The position numbers and the translations under genes are program-made. The notes under the pieces are model-generated. The model saw only the letters and a program-made list of their open reading frames with translations, was not told the DNA's origin and searched no databases. Positions 7,429-14,946 of a stretch of 32,000 nucleotides of DNA are shown one piece after another. Source of the stretch: Halomicrobium mukohataei DSM 12286 (GTDB lineage: Archaea > Halobacteriota > Halobacteria > Halobacteriales > Haloarculaceae); NCBI RefSeq assembly GCF_000023965.1, contig NC_013202.1, positions 3,078,488 through 3,110,487 on the forward strand. The letters run 5' to 3'. How positions within the stretch are numbered: position 1 is the stretch's first letter; every line of letters starts with the position of its first letter.

Positions 7429-7611
7429 ATGGATGAAATCAAAGGATACCTATCAATTATAACAATTCTCCTCGGAATTCAGACACTCAACGCGGTTTCT
7501 GATAACACGAGCAGTCTTTTTACTGAAGTTGGAGCAGCCCTCTCCATCTTAGTGATACTTCTTGTCCCAATTTTCCTCCTCGGAAAAGCAGTCCACTCGA
7601 AATTGCGATAA
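7429..7611 (+). CDS. 60-aa two-TM membrane protein (island family, copy 1)
   Basis: The sequence is MDEIKGYLSIITILLGIQTLNAVSDNTSSLFTEVGAALSILVILLVPIFLLGKAVHSKLR. It has the same length as 26659..26841 and 29/60 identical residues by hand alignment, with little DNA identity. This argues for real coding sequence under selection. It is divergent from 6494..7321. Confidence 0.65.
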   Translation: MDEIKGYLSIITILLGIQTLNAVSDNTSSLFTEVGAALSILVILLVPIFLLGKAVHSKLR

Positions 7612-7738
7612 TATGATCTTCTGAGGAAGTTAAGCATGTGGTAACAAAGTGGCTCGTCGCGCGGCGATACCGCAACGAGCCGTTGGCCGCATAGGGGTAC
7701 AGGGTCGTCGACCGAGAGACCGAGCTCTCGTTCGGAAG

Positions 7739-8551
7739 TTAGTCGATGAGCGTCTCGATCGTCAGCCGGTCGTAGCCCAGCCCCTCGTGGACCGCGAGCT
7801 CCAGGGCGTTGACGAGGTAGTGGGCGACGACGACCACGAGCAGGCTGTCGGTGAGGACGAACCCGGCCGCCAGCGCCAGACCGAGCCCGCCGGTGACGAG
7901 CATGCCGACGCGCCCCTGCGCGCCGTGGGCGGCACCGAAGACGACCGACGAGACGACCGCGAGCAGCCACGGCGAGACGGAGAATCCGGCCGCCATCGCG
8001 CCGATGGCAGCGCCACGGAAGACGACCTCCTCGACGACGGCGACGGTCGGCAGCGCGACGCCGAGCAACAGCACCCACCCACCCAGTGAGTCGGGGGCGA
8101 GCAGTTCGCGGACGGCCTCGTCGTAGCCCGCACCGGTGGCGTCGGCGACTGCACCCGCGGCTTCGTTGGCCAGCCAGAGGGCGACGCCGAAGCCGATCCC
8201 GACGGCGACGCCGGGGAGCCCACGGGCGAGCGCGGTCTCGGGGATCCCGAGCGCCCACGGCGGGATCGAGAAGTACACCGCGGCCCCGACGACGACCGCG
8301 CCGAACAGCCCCTGGGTCACGACGACGTTGGCGAGCAAGGCACCGGGCGACAGCCGCGCCCGCGGGTCCGCTACCGGCCGCTCGAAGCGCGGCACGACCG
8401 GGTCGGTCGGTCGCGGATCGCGTGGCGAGGGCTCCCTGAACCGGACTGGGTCGTCGTCGCCGCTCAGGGCAGACTGGGACGCTCTCGCGAGTGCGAGAAG
8501 CAAGAACAGAGAGAGGGCGAGCAGGCCGGCGAAGGCGGCCCACCGCGCCAC
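7739..8551 (-). CDS. abi: CPBP family intramembrane glutamic endopeptidase (CAAX protease / Abi)
   Basis: 270 aa with multiple TM helices. Motifs present are EEVVFRGA (EExxxR), FGAAHG (FxxxH) and HYLVNALE (HxxxN). The GTG start lies 4 nt after the lonB stop on the same strand. Confidence 0.85.
   Translation of the reverse strand: MARWAAFAGLLALSLFLLLALARASQSALSGDDDPVRFREPSPRDPRPTDPVVPRFERPVADPRARLSPGALLANVVVTQGLFGAVVVGAAVYFSIPPWALGIPETALARGLPGVAVGIGFGVALWLANEAAGAVADATGAGYDEAVRELLAPDSLGGWVLLLGVALPTVAVVEEVVFRGAAIGAMAAGFSVSPWLLAVVSSVVFGAAHGAQGRVGMLVTGGLGLALAAGFVLTDSLLVVVVAHYLVNALELAVHEGLGYDRLTIETLID
7755..7952. repeat. direct repeat, copy B (inside the intact CPBP gene)
   Basis: See 5908..6105. 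Confidence 0.9.
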
Positions 8552-8555
8552 GGTT

Positions 8556-10637
8556 CTACTGCGGGCTGGGTGAGCCGCTCTGCTGGCCCACTTCGCGTTC
8601 GAGCGCTTTGCCGGTGATGGACTTGAGCCGGTCGACCAGCGAGTCCTTCTCGGGCTCGCCGGCCAGGGCCACTTCCAGCACCTCGGAGATGTGCGAGACC
8701 GGGACGATCTCGATCATCTCCTCGTACTCCTCTTCGATCATCACGTCCTGGGTGTTTGCCTCGGGGATGATGACCGTATCGAGCCCGGACTTGGCCGCGG
8801 CCTCGATCTTGTGGGTCACGCCGCCGACGGGCAACACGTCGCCCCGCACCGACAGCGAGCCGGTCATCGCGAGGTTCTGCTCGATCGGAACGTTCTCCAG
8901 CGCGGAGATGACCGCCGTCGCGACCGTGATCGAGGCGGAGTCGCCGTCGACACCGCCCTCGCCGGCCTGAACGAACTGGATGTGAACGTCCTTCTCGGAG
9001 ATGTCCTCGTCCGAGAACTTCTTGATGATCGCCGAGACGTTCTGGACTGCCTCCTCGGCCATCTCCTTGAGCTGGCCGGTGGCGATCACCTGACCGGGAC
9101 CCTGCGAGGGCGTGACCTCCGCCATGACCGGGAGGACGATCCCGCTGTCCTCGCCCATCACGGCCAGACCGTTGACGCGGCCGACCACGTCGCCCTCGTT
9201 GACGGTCAGTTCGTAGTCCTTGCGGCGTTCGATGTAGTCGTCTGCGAGCTGTTGCTCGATGGAGCGACTCCGGCCTTTGGCCTGGAGCACGTCCTCGCGA
9301 GTGGTCACGTCCTGATCCTCCGCGCGGGCGATGTCGCCCGCGACGCGGACCAGTCCGCCCAGTTCGCGCAGTTTCAGGGTCAAGTGCCCTTTGCGGCCCG
9401 CGCGGCGGCGGGCTTCGAGGATGATCTCCTCGACGGCCTCGCGGTCGAAGTGGGGGAGTCGCCCGTCGTTCTCGACTTCCTGTGCGATGAAGCGGGTGAG
9501 CTTCCGGCGCATCTCCGGGGTGTCCTCGATGGTGTCGTCCATGTACACCTCGTAGCCGTACCCCTTGATCCGGGAGCGCAGCGCGGGGTGCATGTTCTCC
9601 ATGGCGTCGAGGTTCCCCGCCGCGATCATGATGAAATCACAGGGGACGGGCTCGGTCTGGACCATCGCGCCCGAGGAGCGCTCGGACTGGCCAGTGATGG
9701 AGAACTCGCCCTCCTGGATCGCGGTCATGAGTTTCTGCTGGCTGCGGATGTCCAGCGTGTTGATCTCGTCGACGAACAGGACGCCCTTGTTGGCCTTGTG
9801 GATCGCGCCGGCCTCGACGCGGTCGTGGCTGGGCGTCTCCATCCCACCGGACTGGAACGGGTCGTGGCGAACGTCGCCCAGCAGCGCACCGGCGTGGGCA
9901 CCGGTCGCGTCCTCGAAGGGCGCGGTGGTCTGGTTCGCGCGGTTGACCAGCAGGTTCGGGATCATCGAGTCGTTGCCACGCGAGCCATAGCGGAAGGCCA
10001 GGTAGATGACACCGGCCGCGAGGATCCCCAGCAGGACCGACCCCTGGATGATCAGCGCGTAACCGATGATGATGGCGATGATGATCCACATCAGGAAGGT
10101 CCGCATCTGGTTTCGCTTGCGGGCCTCCTCCTTGTGGGCGTCGACGATCTGTTCGCCCTTCCCGGCGGGGACGGTTCGAACCTTCGGCTCGTTTCCGTCG
10201 TCCGGGTTGTGGTAGACCAGAACGTCCTGTAGTTCCTCTTTCGGGAGCAGTTGGCTCATCGCTTTGGCCAGCATCGACTTGCCCGTCCCGGGCGAGCCGA
10301 TCATCATCACGTGACGGCGCTGTTTGGCTGCCTTTTTGATGACGTCACGGGCGTGGTCCTGCCCGATGACCTGATCGACGAGTCGGTCGGGGACTTCGAT
10401 GTCGCTGGTCGACTCGATGCCGAGCCCACCGAGGAGCCCGTCTTCGTCGTCGAGGGACGCGCCGCTCTCGACTTCGACCTCACTGCCGAGGTCGTCGAGG
10501 CCGCCACCTTCGGCCCCGCCACTCTCCACAGTGTCACCAGCGTCGTCGGCCGCGCTGTGGTCGTCGTCTTCGGGCGGCGTCCCGGTCACCTCCCGCTCGT
10601 CGTCGGGAGTGTCGTCGATCTCGGTATTGTCGCTCAT
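8556..10637 (-). CDS. lonB: archaeal membrane-bound ATP-dependent protease LonB
   Basis: ATG at 10637 (MSDNTEIDD...). It has Walker A GSPGTGKS, two TM helices inserted in the AAA+ domain (MRTFLMWIIIAIIIGYALIIQGSVLLGILAAGVIYLAF), and a Lon protease domain with GDSASI (catalytic Ser) and the downstream GGV.HK block. The listed 10757 start adds non-protein-like sequence. Confidence 0.9.
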   Translation of the reverse strand: MSDNTEIDDTPDDEREVTGTPPEDDDHSAADDAGDTVESGGAEGGGLDDLGSEVEVESGASLDDEDGLLGGLGIESTSDIEVPDRLVDQVIGQDHARDVIKKAAKQRRHVMMIGSPGTGKSMLAKAMSQLLPKEELQDVLVYHNPDDGNEPKVRTVPAGKGEQIVDAHKEEARKRNQMRTFLMWIIIAIIIGYALIIQGSVLLGILAAGVIYLAFRYGSRGNDSMIPNLLVNRANQTTAPFEDATGAHAGALLGDVRHDPFQSGGMETPSHDRVEAGAIHKANKGVLFVDEINTLDIRSQQKLMTAIQEGEFSITGQSERSSGAMVQTEPVPCDFIMIAAGNLDAMENMHPALRSRIKGYGYEVYMDDTIEDTPEMRRKLTRFIAQEVENDGRLPHFDREAVEEIILEARRRAGRKGHLTLKLRELGGLVRVAGDIARAEDQDVTTREDVLQAKGRSRSIEQQLADDYIERRKDYELTVNEGDVVGRVNGLAVMGEDSGIVLPVMAEVTPSQGPGQVIATGQLKEMAEEAVQNVSAIIKKFSDEDISEKDVHIQFVQAGEGGVDGDSASITVATAVISALENVPIEQNLAMTGSLSVRGDVLPVGGVTHKIEAAAKSGLDTVIIPEANTQDVMIEEEYEEMIEIVPVSHISEVLEVALAGEPEKDSLVDRLKSITGKALEREVGQQSGSPSPQ

Positions 10638-10795
10638 ACAAACGTTGCTAACACCAGATTGGAGGGACTGTCCACTGATATACTTTCTCCCCGCGACCGT
10701 GCTTGCCACACGAGTGGAACCGCAAGAGGGGAGCCGATTGTAGAGGAGAGAGACCACTCGTCGGGTTTATCATTTCCGACACCCAGAGATGGGGT

Positions 10796-11344
10796 ATGCG
10801 GGGTTTCTATATCGGTCGATTCCAGCCGTACCACAACGGCCACCACACGGTCGTCGAGGAGATCGCGACCGAGGTCGACGAACTCGTCCTGGGGATCGGA
10901 AGCGCGGGCGACTCGCATACGGACCACGATCCGTTCACTGCCGGCGAACGGATCATGATGATCACGCGCGCGGTCCGCGAGTTCGAGCGTGCGAACGATC
11001 TGGTCACGTACGTGGTCCCCATCGAGGACCTGAACCGCAACTCGGTGTGGGTGAGCCACGTCCAGAGCATGTCGCCGACATTCGACGTGGCCTACTCCAA
11101 CAACCCGCTGGTGATCCAGCTGTTCGAGGAGGCGGGCATCGAGGTCCGACAGTCGAAGATGTTCGACCGAGAACGGCTGGAAGGCAGCGACATCCGGGAG
11201 GCGATGATCGAGGGGGACGCGTGGCGCGAACGCGTGCCCGACGCCGTCGTCGAGACGATCGAAGAGGTACACGGCGTCCAGCGGATCCGGACCGTCGCCA
11301 AAGACGACGTGGTCGAACGCTGGGAAGTCGGTGACGAGGAGTGA
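10796..11344 (+). CDS. nadM: nicotinamide-nucleotide adenylyltransferase (archaeal NMNAT)
   Basis: MRGFYIGRFQPYHNGHHTVVEEI contains the (H/T)xGH nucleotidyltransferase motif GRFQP.H.GH. The protein is about 180 aa. TATA-like gtttatca lies about 30 nt upstream. Confidence 0.85.
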   Translation: MRGFYIGRFQPYHNGHHTVVEEIATEVDELVLGIGSAGDSHTDHDPFTAGERIMMITRAVREFERANDLVTYVVPIEDLNRNSVWVSHVQSMSPTFDVAYSNNPLVIQLFEEAGIEVRQSKMFDRERLEGSDIREAMIEGDAWRERVPDAVVETIEEVHGVQRIRTVAKDDVVERWEVGDEE

Positions 11345-12108
11345 TGATCACCCTCAGTAGCGACTTCGGTTCGCCGTACCCCGCGGCGATGAAGGGCGTC
11401 ATCCTCCGGGACAGCGACGCGCGCATCGTCGACGTGAGCCACGAGTTCCCGCGACAGGACGTGCCCGGCGCGGCGTTCTGGCTCCGAGAGGTGCTGCCGT
11501 ACTTCCCGCCGGCAGTCCACTGTGTCGTGGTCGATCCCGGCGTCGGGACCGACCGGGCCGCGATCGTCGTTCGAGTCGGCGACCACGCGATCGTCGCGCC
11601 GGACAACGGCGTCGCGCTCCCGGCCGCCAGGGCGATCGCGGACGACGGCGACGTGATCGAGGTCTTCGAGATCGAGACCGACGAGCCGGCGAGCGCGACT
11701 TTCCACGGCCGAGACGTGTTCGCGCCGATGGCGGCCGCCGTCCACGAGATCGGCGTCGACTCCCTCCACGAGGTCGCGGATCTCGTCCGGGCCGACGGCT
11801 ACGAAGAGCTCGCCTTCCCGGAGCCGACCGTGAGTCAGACCGGAGCCAGCGGCGCGGTGCTCGTCGTCGACGGTTTCGGGAACGCGATCACGAACGTGCC
11901 GGGCGAGGCGATCGAGGACCGGTTCGGCCAGCAGGTCCGGATCAACGGTGAGCCCGCACCGGTCAGACGGACGTACGCGACGGTGGACCCGGGCCAGCGA
12001 CTCGTCACCGTCGGCAGCCACGGCAACGTCGAGCTCGCGGTGAATCGCGGGCGTGGAGACGAGGCCTTCCGCGTCGGCGCTGGCGATCGGGTGGAGCTGT
12101 CGTACTAG
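11341..12108 (+). CDS. S-adenosyl-L-methionine hydrolase / SAM hydroxide adenosyltransferase family (DUF62, fluorinase/chlorinase-like)
   Basis: ITLSSDFGSPYPAAMKGVI...VVVDPGVGT...HGRDVFAP is characteristic of the DUF62 family. The start (GTG 11341 or ATG 11344) overlaps the nadM stop (GTGATGA), suggesting an operon. Confidence 0.8.
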   Translation: MMITLSSDFGSPYPAAMKGVILRDSDARIVDVSHEFPRQDVPGAAFWLREVLPYFPPAVHCVVVDPGVGTDRAAIVVRVGDHAIVAPDNGVALPAARAIADDGDVIEVFEIETDEPASATFHGRDVFAPMAAAVHEIGVDSLHEVADLVRADGYEELAFPEPTVSQTGASGAVLVVDGFGNAITNVPGEAIEDRFGQQVRINGEPAPVRRTYATVDPGQRLVTVGSHGNVELAVNRGRGDEAFRVGAGDRVELSY

Positions 12109-12160
12109 TTTTAGGCACTCCGAAAAACCGACAGGCTTATTACTTTTAGGCTGTCCTAAA
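12109..12160 (+). promoter_or_regulatory. promoter/operator module A: two imperfect palindromes flanking a TATA-like box
   Basis: Site 1 is 12109-12126 (TTTTAGGC AC TCCGAAAA), TATA-like CTTATTAC lies at about 12136-12143, and site 2 is 12144-12160 (TTTTAGGC TG TCCTAAA). It is about 75% similar to module B by eye. Confidence 0.5.
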
Positions 12161-12338
12161 CAAATGCGTGGGTCGCCGACGGTCGTGATCGTTCCCTGGT
12201 TCCGGGAACACACTCCGTGGAGACCGTCGAGCCCCACCGTCTCAGGTCCCAGTTGCATCGTCGGCCACCGTGGCCATACCCTGGCGGCTGTGGGCATCGC
12301 TGCCGCCACCGTCTGTCCCTCTATCCACCACCCCCAGT

Positions 12339-12390
12339 TTTTAGGCTCGCCGAAAATTCGACGGCCTTATGTACTTTAGGCGTGCCAAAA
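12339..12390 (+). promoter_or_regulatory. promoter/operator module B upstream of the cupredoxin lipoprotein gene
   Basis: Site 3 is 12339-12356 (TTTTAGGC TC GCCGAAAA), TATA-like TTATGTAC lies at about 12367-12374 (-30 to -23 from ATG 12397, consistent with a leaderless or short-leader mRNA), and site 4 is 12375-12390 (TTTAGGC GT GCCAAAA). Confidence 0.55.
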
Positions 12391-12396
12391 TCACGT

Positions 12397-14820
12397 ATGC
12401 AACACAGAAGAGACGTGCTTGCGAGTCTGGGCATCGCACTGTCGACTGCACTTGCCGGCTGTTCGGAAGACACCGACGGCGAGACCGACGGCGAGAGCAG
12501 CGACGAAGCGACCGAGACGGACCGGACACAGTCGAGTGGCCCCGAACTCGCGGCTTCGGCCCAGCTCAACGTCTACCGCGCCCGGCTCTTCGACGCCGTC
12601 GCGCTCGGTCGTGCCGGCCAGACCGCCGCGGGAGCGTCCGTCGCCCAGTCGATCTTCCAGCGGTTCGAGAACGCGACCGGGGAGTACGGCGCTCACGAGA
12701 CGCTGGAACGGACCAGCGAGTCGGCCTACGAGGGATTCGAGAGCGCGCTCGGGGAACTCCGGTCGACGCTCGAAGACGGCGACACCGACGCCGCCGCCGA
12801 GGCGGCGACGACGGCCAGCGACCAGCTCCAGATCGCCCAGCAGGCCCTGATCGGCAACGACGCCACGCGCGCACTCGACGCGCTCCTCCTCGGGAGCCGC
12901 GCCGCCAACACCCGCGTACTGGGCGAGGCTGGTCACTTCGAGGCGGCGGCGACCGTGGCCACCGAAACGACCGAGCGGTTCGAAGACACGCTCGTCCACG
13001 GCGCACTCGAAAGCGCCGACGGGGACGCCTACGAGGACTTCGAGTCCGGACTGGCGTCGATCCAGCGCGCCGCCAGCGAGGGGGACGCCGAGGGCGTGAC
13101 CGACGCCGTCGCCGCGGCCCAGTCGGCGGCGGTGGCGGGTGCCTACGCGCTGGGAACCGAGTCGGTCGCCGGGACCGGTCACCTCGCAGCGATGCAGTCA
13201 GTGGGGTACGACGCCGCGGCACTCGCCGGTCTCGGCGGCCCGAGTGAGGCCCTCGCGCACGCGACGACGCTGACCACCTACCGGGCGCGGATCCGGGACG
13301 CGGCGTGGCTGGCCGACGCCGACGAGGGATCGACGGCGGGCACGGTCGTCGGGAACGTCTTCGCGGACTTCGAGGGTGCGCGTGCCCACGAAGCGCTGGA
13401 AGAAGCCGACCACGAGGCCTACGAGGGGTTCGAGAGCGGCCTGGAGTCGCTCCAGTCGGCCGTCGAGAGCGGCGAAGGCGTCGACGACGCCCTCGCCACG
13501 GTGGACGAACACCTCCGGACCGGCGTCGCGACGCTGGCCGGCGACCACGCCCCGGTCCTGCAGGCCGGCTTCTTCCGGGCGCGTCTCGCCGACGCACGCG
13601 AACGCTACGAGCGAGGTGCGCCCTCGGTCGCCGCGTCGATCACCCAGGAGCTGTTCGAGCGGTTCGAGGCCGACGAGCTCGGGTTCCACGAGACGCTCGA
13701 AGAGGCCAGCGAGGACCTCTACCACCGCTTCGAGGAGGAGCACCTGGCCGGCCTGATCGAGGCCTACGAGAACGACGACAGCGAGGCGGTCACCACCCAC
13801 CACGAGGGCGCGCTCGACGCGCTCCTGGAGTTCGAGGCCACCACCGGGGACAGCGTCGCGAGCGCGGCCGAGACCGCGTACTTCGTCGCTCGCGGATTCG
13901 ACAGCGCTACCGTCGCCACGCTGGGCGACAGCGAGCGCGCGGCGACGATTCCACGGGCCGCCTTCGAGCACTTCGAGAGCGGTGCAGCGGGCTACCACGA
14001 GGCACTGGAACACGCCGACCACGAGACCTACGAGACGTTCGAGTCCGATCTGGGCGCGATCCGGTCGACCGCGGAGTCGGGCGGCGACGTGCGCAGTGCC
14101 GTCCAGACGTTCGTGAGCACCGCGATCGACGGCATCTACGCCATCGTCGGCGCTGCCGGCGGCTCGAACGGCGCGGCCGCTGCCGCGATCGTACAGGACG
14201 TGTACGCCACCTTCGAGGAGGCCCGCGTCCACGAGGCGCTGGAAGAAGCCGACCACGAGGCCTACGAAGGATTCGAGGCGGCGCTGGAAGCGTACGCGGG
14301 CGGACTGGACGGCGAGGGCGACGTGCCCGTCGGTCGCCTCGCAGACGCGACGCTGCGCGCTCAGTTCGCCGTCGCGGGTGCGCTCGACGACGCTCCCGTC
14401 GGCCAGGACGGCGAGGGGAGCGCCGAGACGGAAGAGACCGAATCGTCGCTGGAAGGGGGCCCGAACGTCGTCGACGGCGTCCCGGACGACGCCGACCACG
14501 TCGTCTCGATGCAGGCAGTGGCCTTCGAGCCGGCCGAGTTGACCGTCTCGGTCGGCGATACGGTCGCCTTCGAGCACGTCGCCGGTGAAGCCCACAACGT
14601 GGTGGCCCGAGAGGAAGAGCTACCGGCGGACGCGAGCTACTGGGCCTCCGGCGACTTCGACTCCGAGACGGCCGCAGTCGAGGGGTGGGACAACGGACAG
14701 GGTGCCGTCCAGTCGGGCCAGTCCTACGTCCACACCTTCGAAACGGCCGGCGAACACCCCTACTACTGTGTCCCACACGAGATGGCGGGCATGGAAGGCA
14801 CGATCGTCGTCGAAGAGTAA
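12397..14820 (+). CDS. Tat lipoprotein with six helical H/E-rich repeats and a C-terminal halocyanin/plastocyanin-like cupredoxin domain
   Basis: ATG at 12397 gives MQHRRDVLASLGIALSTALAGC (twin-Arg plus lipobox LAGC). There are six ~110-125-aa repeats, each with F..FE......HE.LE......YE.FE..L, for example HEALEEADHEAYEGFESGL. The C-terminal domain has type-1 Cu ligands (AGEAHNV ... YYCVPHEMAGM). The listed start at 12217 adds Arg/Pro-rich non-coding-like sequence. Confidence 0.85.
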   Translation: MQHRRDVLASLGIALSTALAGCSEDTDGETDGESSDEATETDRTQSSGPELAASAQLNVYRARLFDAVALGRAGQTAAGASVAQSIFQRFENATGEYGAHETLERTSESAYEGFESALGELRSTLEDGDTDAAAEAATTASDQLQIAQQALIGNDATRALDALLLGSRAANTRVLGEAGHFEAAATVATETTERFEDTLVHGALESADGDAYEDFESGLASIQRAASEGDAEGVTDAVAAAQSAAVAGAYALGTESVAGTGHLAAMQSVGYDAAALAGLGGPSEALAHATTLTTYRARIRDAAWLADADEGSTAGTVVGNVFADFEGARAHEALEEADHEAYEGFESGLESLQSAVESGEGVDDALATVDEHLRTGVATLAGDHAPVLQAGFFRARLADARERYERGAPSVAASITQELFERFEADELGFHETLEEASEDLYHRFEEEHLAGLIEAYENDDSEAVTTHHEGALDALLEFEATTGDSVASAAETAYFVARGFDSATVATLGDSERAATIPRAAFEHFESGAAGYHEALEHADHETYETFESDLGAIRSTAESGGDVRSAVQTFVSTAIDGIYAIVGAAGGSNGAAAAAIVQDVYATFEEARVHEALEEADHEAYEGFEAALEAYAGGLDGEGDVPVGRLADATLRAQFAVAGALDDAPVGQDGEGSAETEETESSLEGGPNVVDGVPDDADHVVSMQAVAFEPAELTVSVGDTVAFEHVAGEAHNVVAREEELPADASYWASGDFDSETAAVEGWDNGQGAVQSGQSYVHTFETAGEHPYYCVPHEMAGMEGTIVVEE

Positions 14821-14870
14821 CGCCGCACCCTGTTTTTAGCCACACGGCGACGGTGCGGTCTGTGTGGCGG
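14821..14870 (+). terminator. possible terminator region (T5 tract plus interleaved stems)
   Basis: TGTTTTTA lies at 14830-14837, just 10 nt after the stop. Stems are 14823-14829/14852-14858 and 14839-14845/14862-14868. Haloarchaeal terminators are usually U-tracts. Confidence 0.3.
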
Positions 14871-14946
14871 GCGGCTCGATTCGTGGGATAGCCGTCGCTG
14901 CTCCGGCAGTCGAAGAAAAATCGAAGGTGGTCGTCGACGGGCGTCG

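Larger units (their letters stand above)
6106..7754. mobile_element. putative remnant of an integrated element (AT-rich island I) inserted at the 3' end of the CPBP gene
   Basis: It is bracketed by the 198-bp direct repeat. The interior from about 6425 to 7650 is visibly AT-rich with AT-rich codon usage, unlike the flanks. No integrase or transposase is present, and 6147-6440 has only broken frames. Confidence 0.4.

Noticed and set aside
8556-10757. N-terminal extensions of the listed ORFs for lonB (to 10757), thermosome (to 16548), GT2 (to 19331), M48 protease (to 23515), NMNAT (from 10703) and the cupredoxin lipoprotein (from 12217).
   Set aside because: The extensions are shadow-like (Arg/Ser/Pro-rich) or run through promoter-like AT patches. 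Internal ATG starts give N-termini matching the family-typical beginnings or signal peptides.
12164-12379. A 72-aa ORF (MRGSPTVVIVPWFREHTPWRPSSPTVSGPSCIVGHRGHTLAAVGIAAATVCPSIHHPQF...) downstream of promoter module A.
   Set aside because: It is basic and Pro/His/Cys-rich, unlike the acidic proteome. Its third-position GC is lower than in neighbouring genes, and it reads through operator module B. I kept it only as a possibility inside the promoter-duplication finding and did not call it as a CDS.
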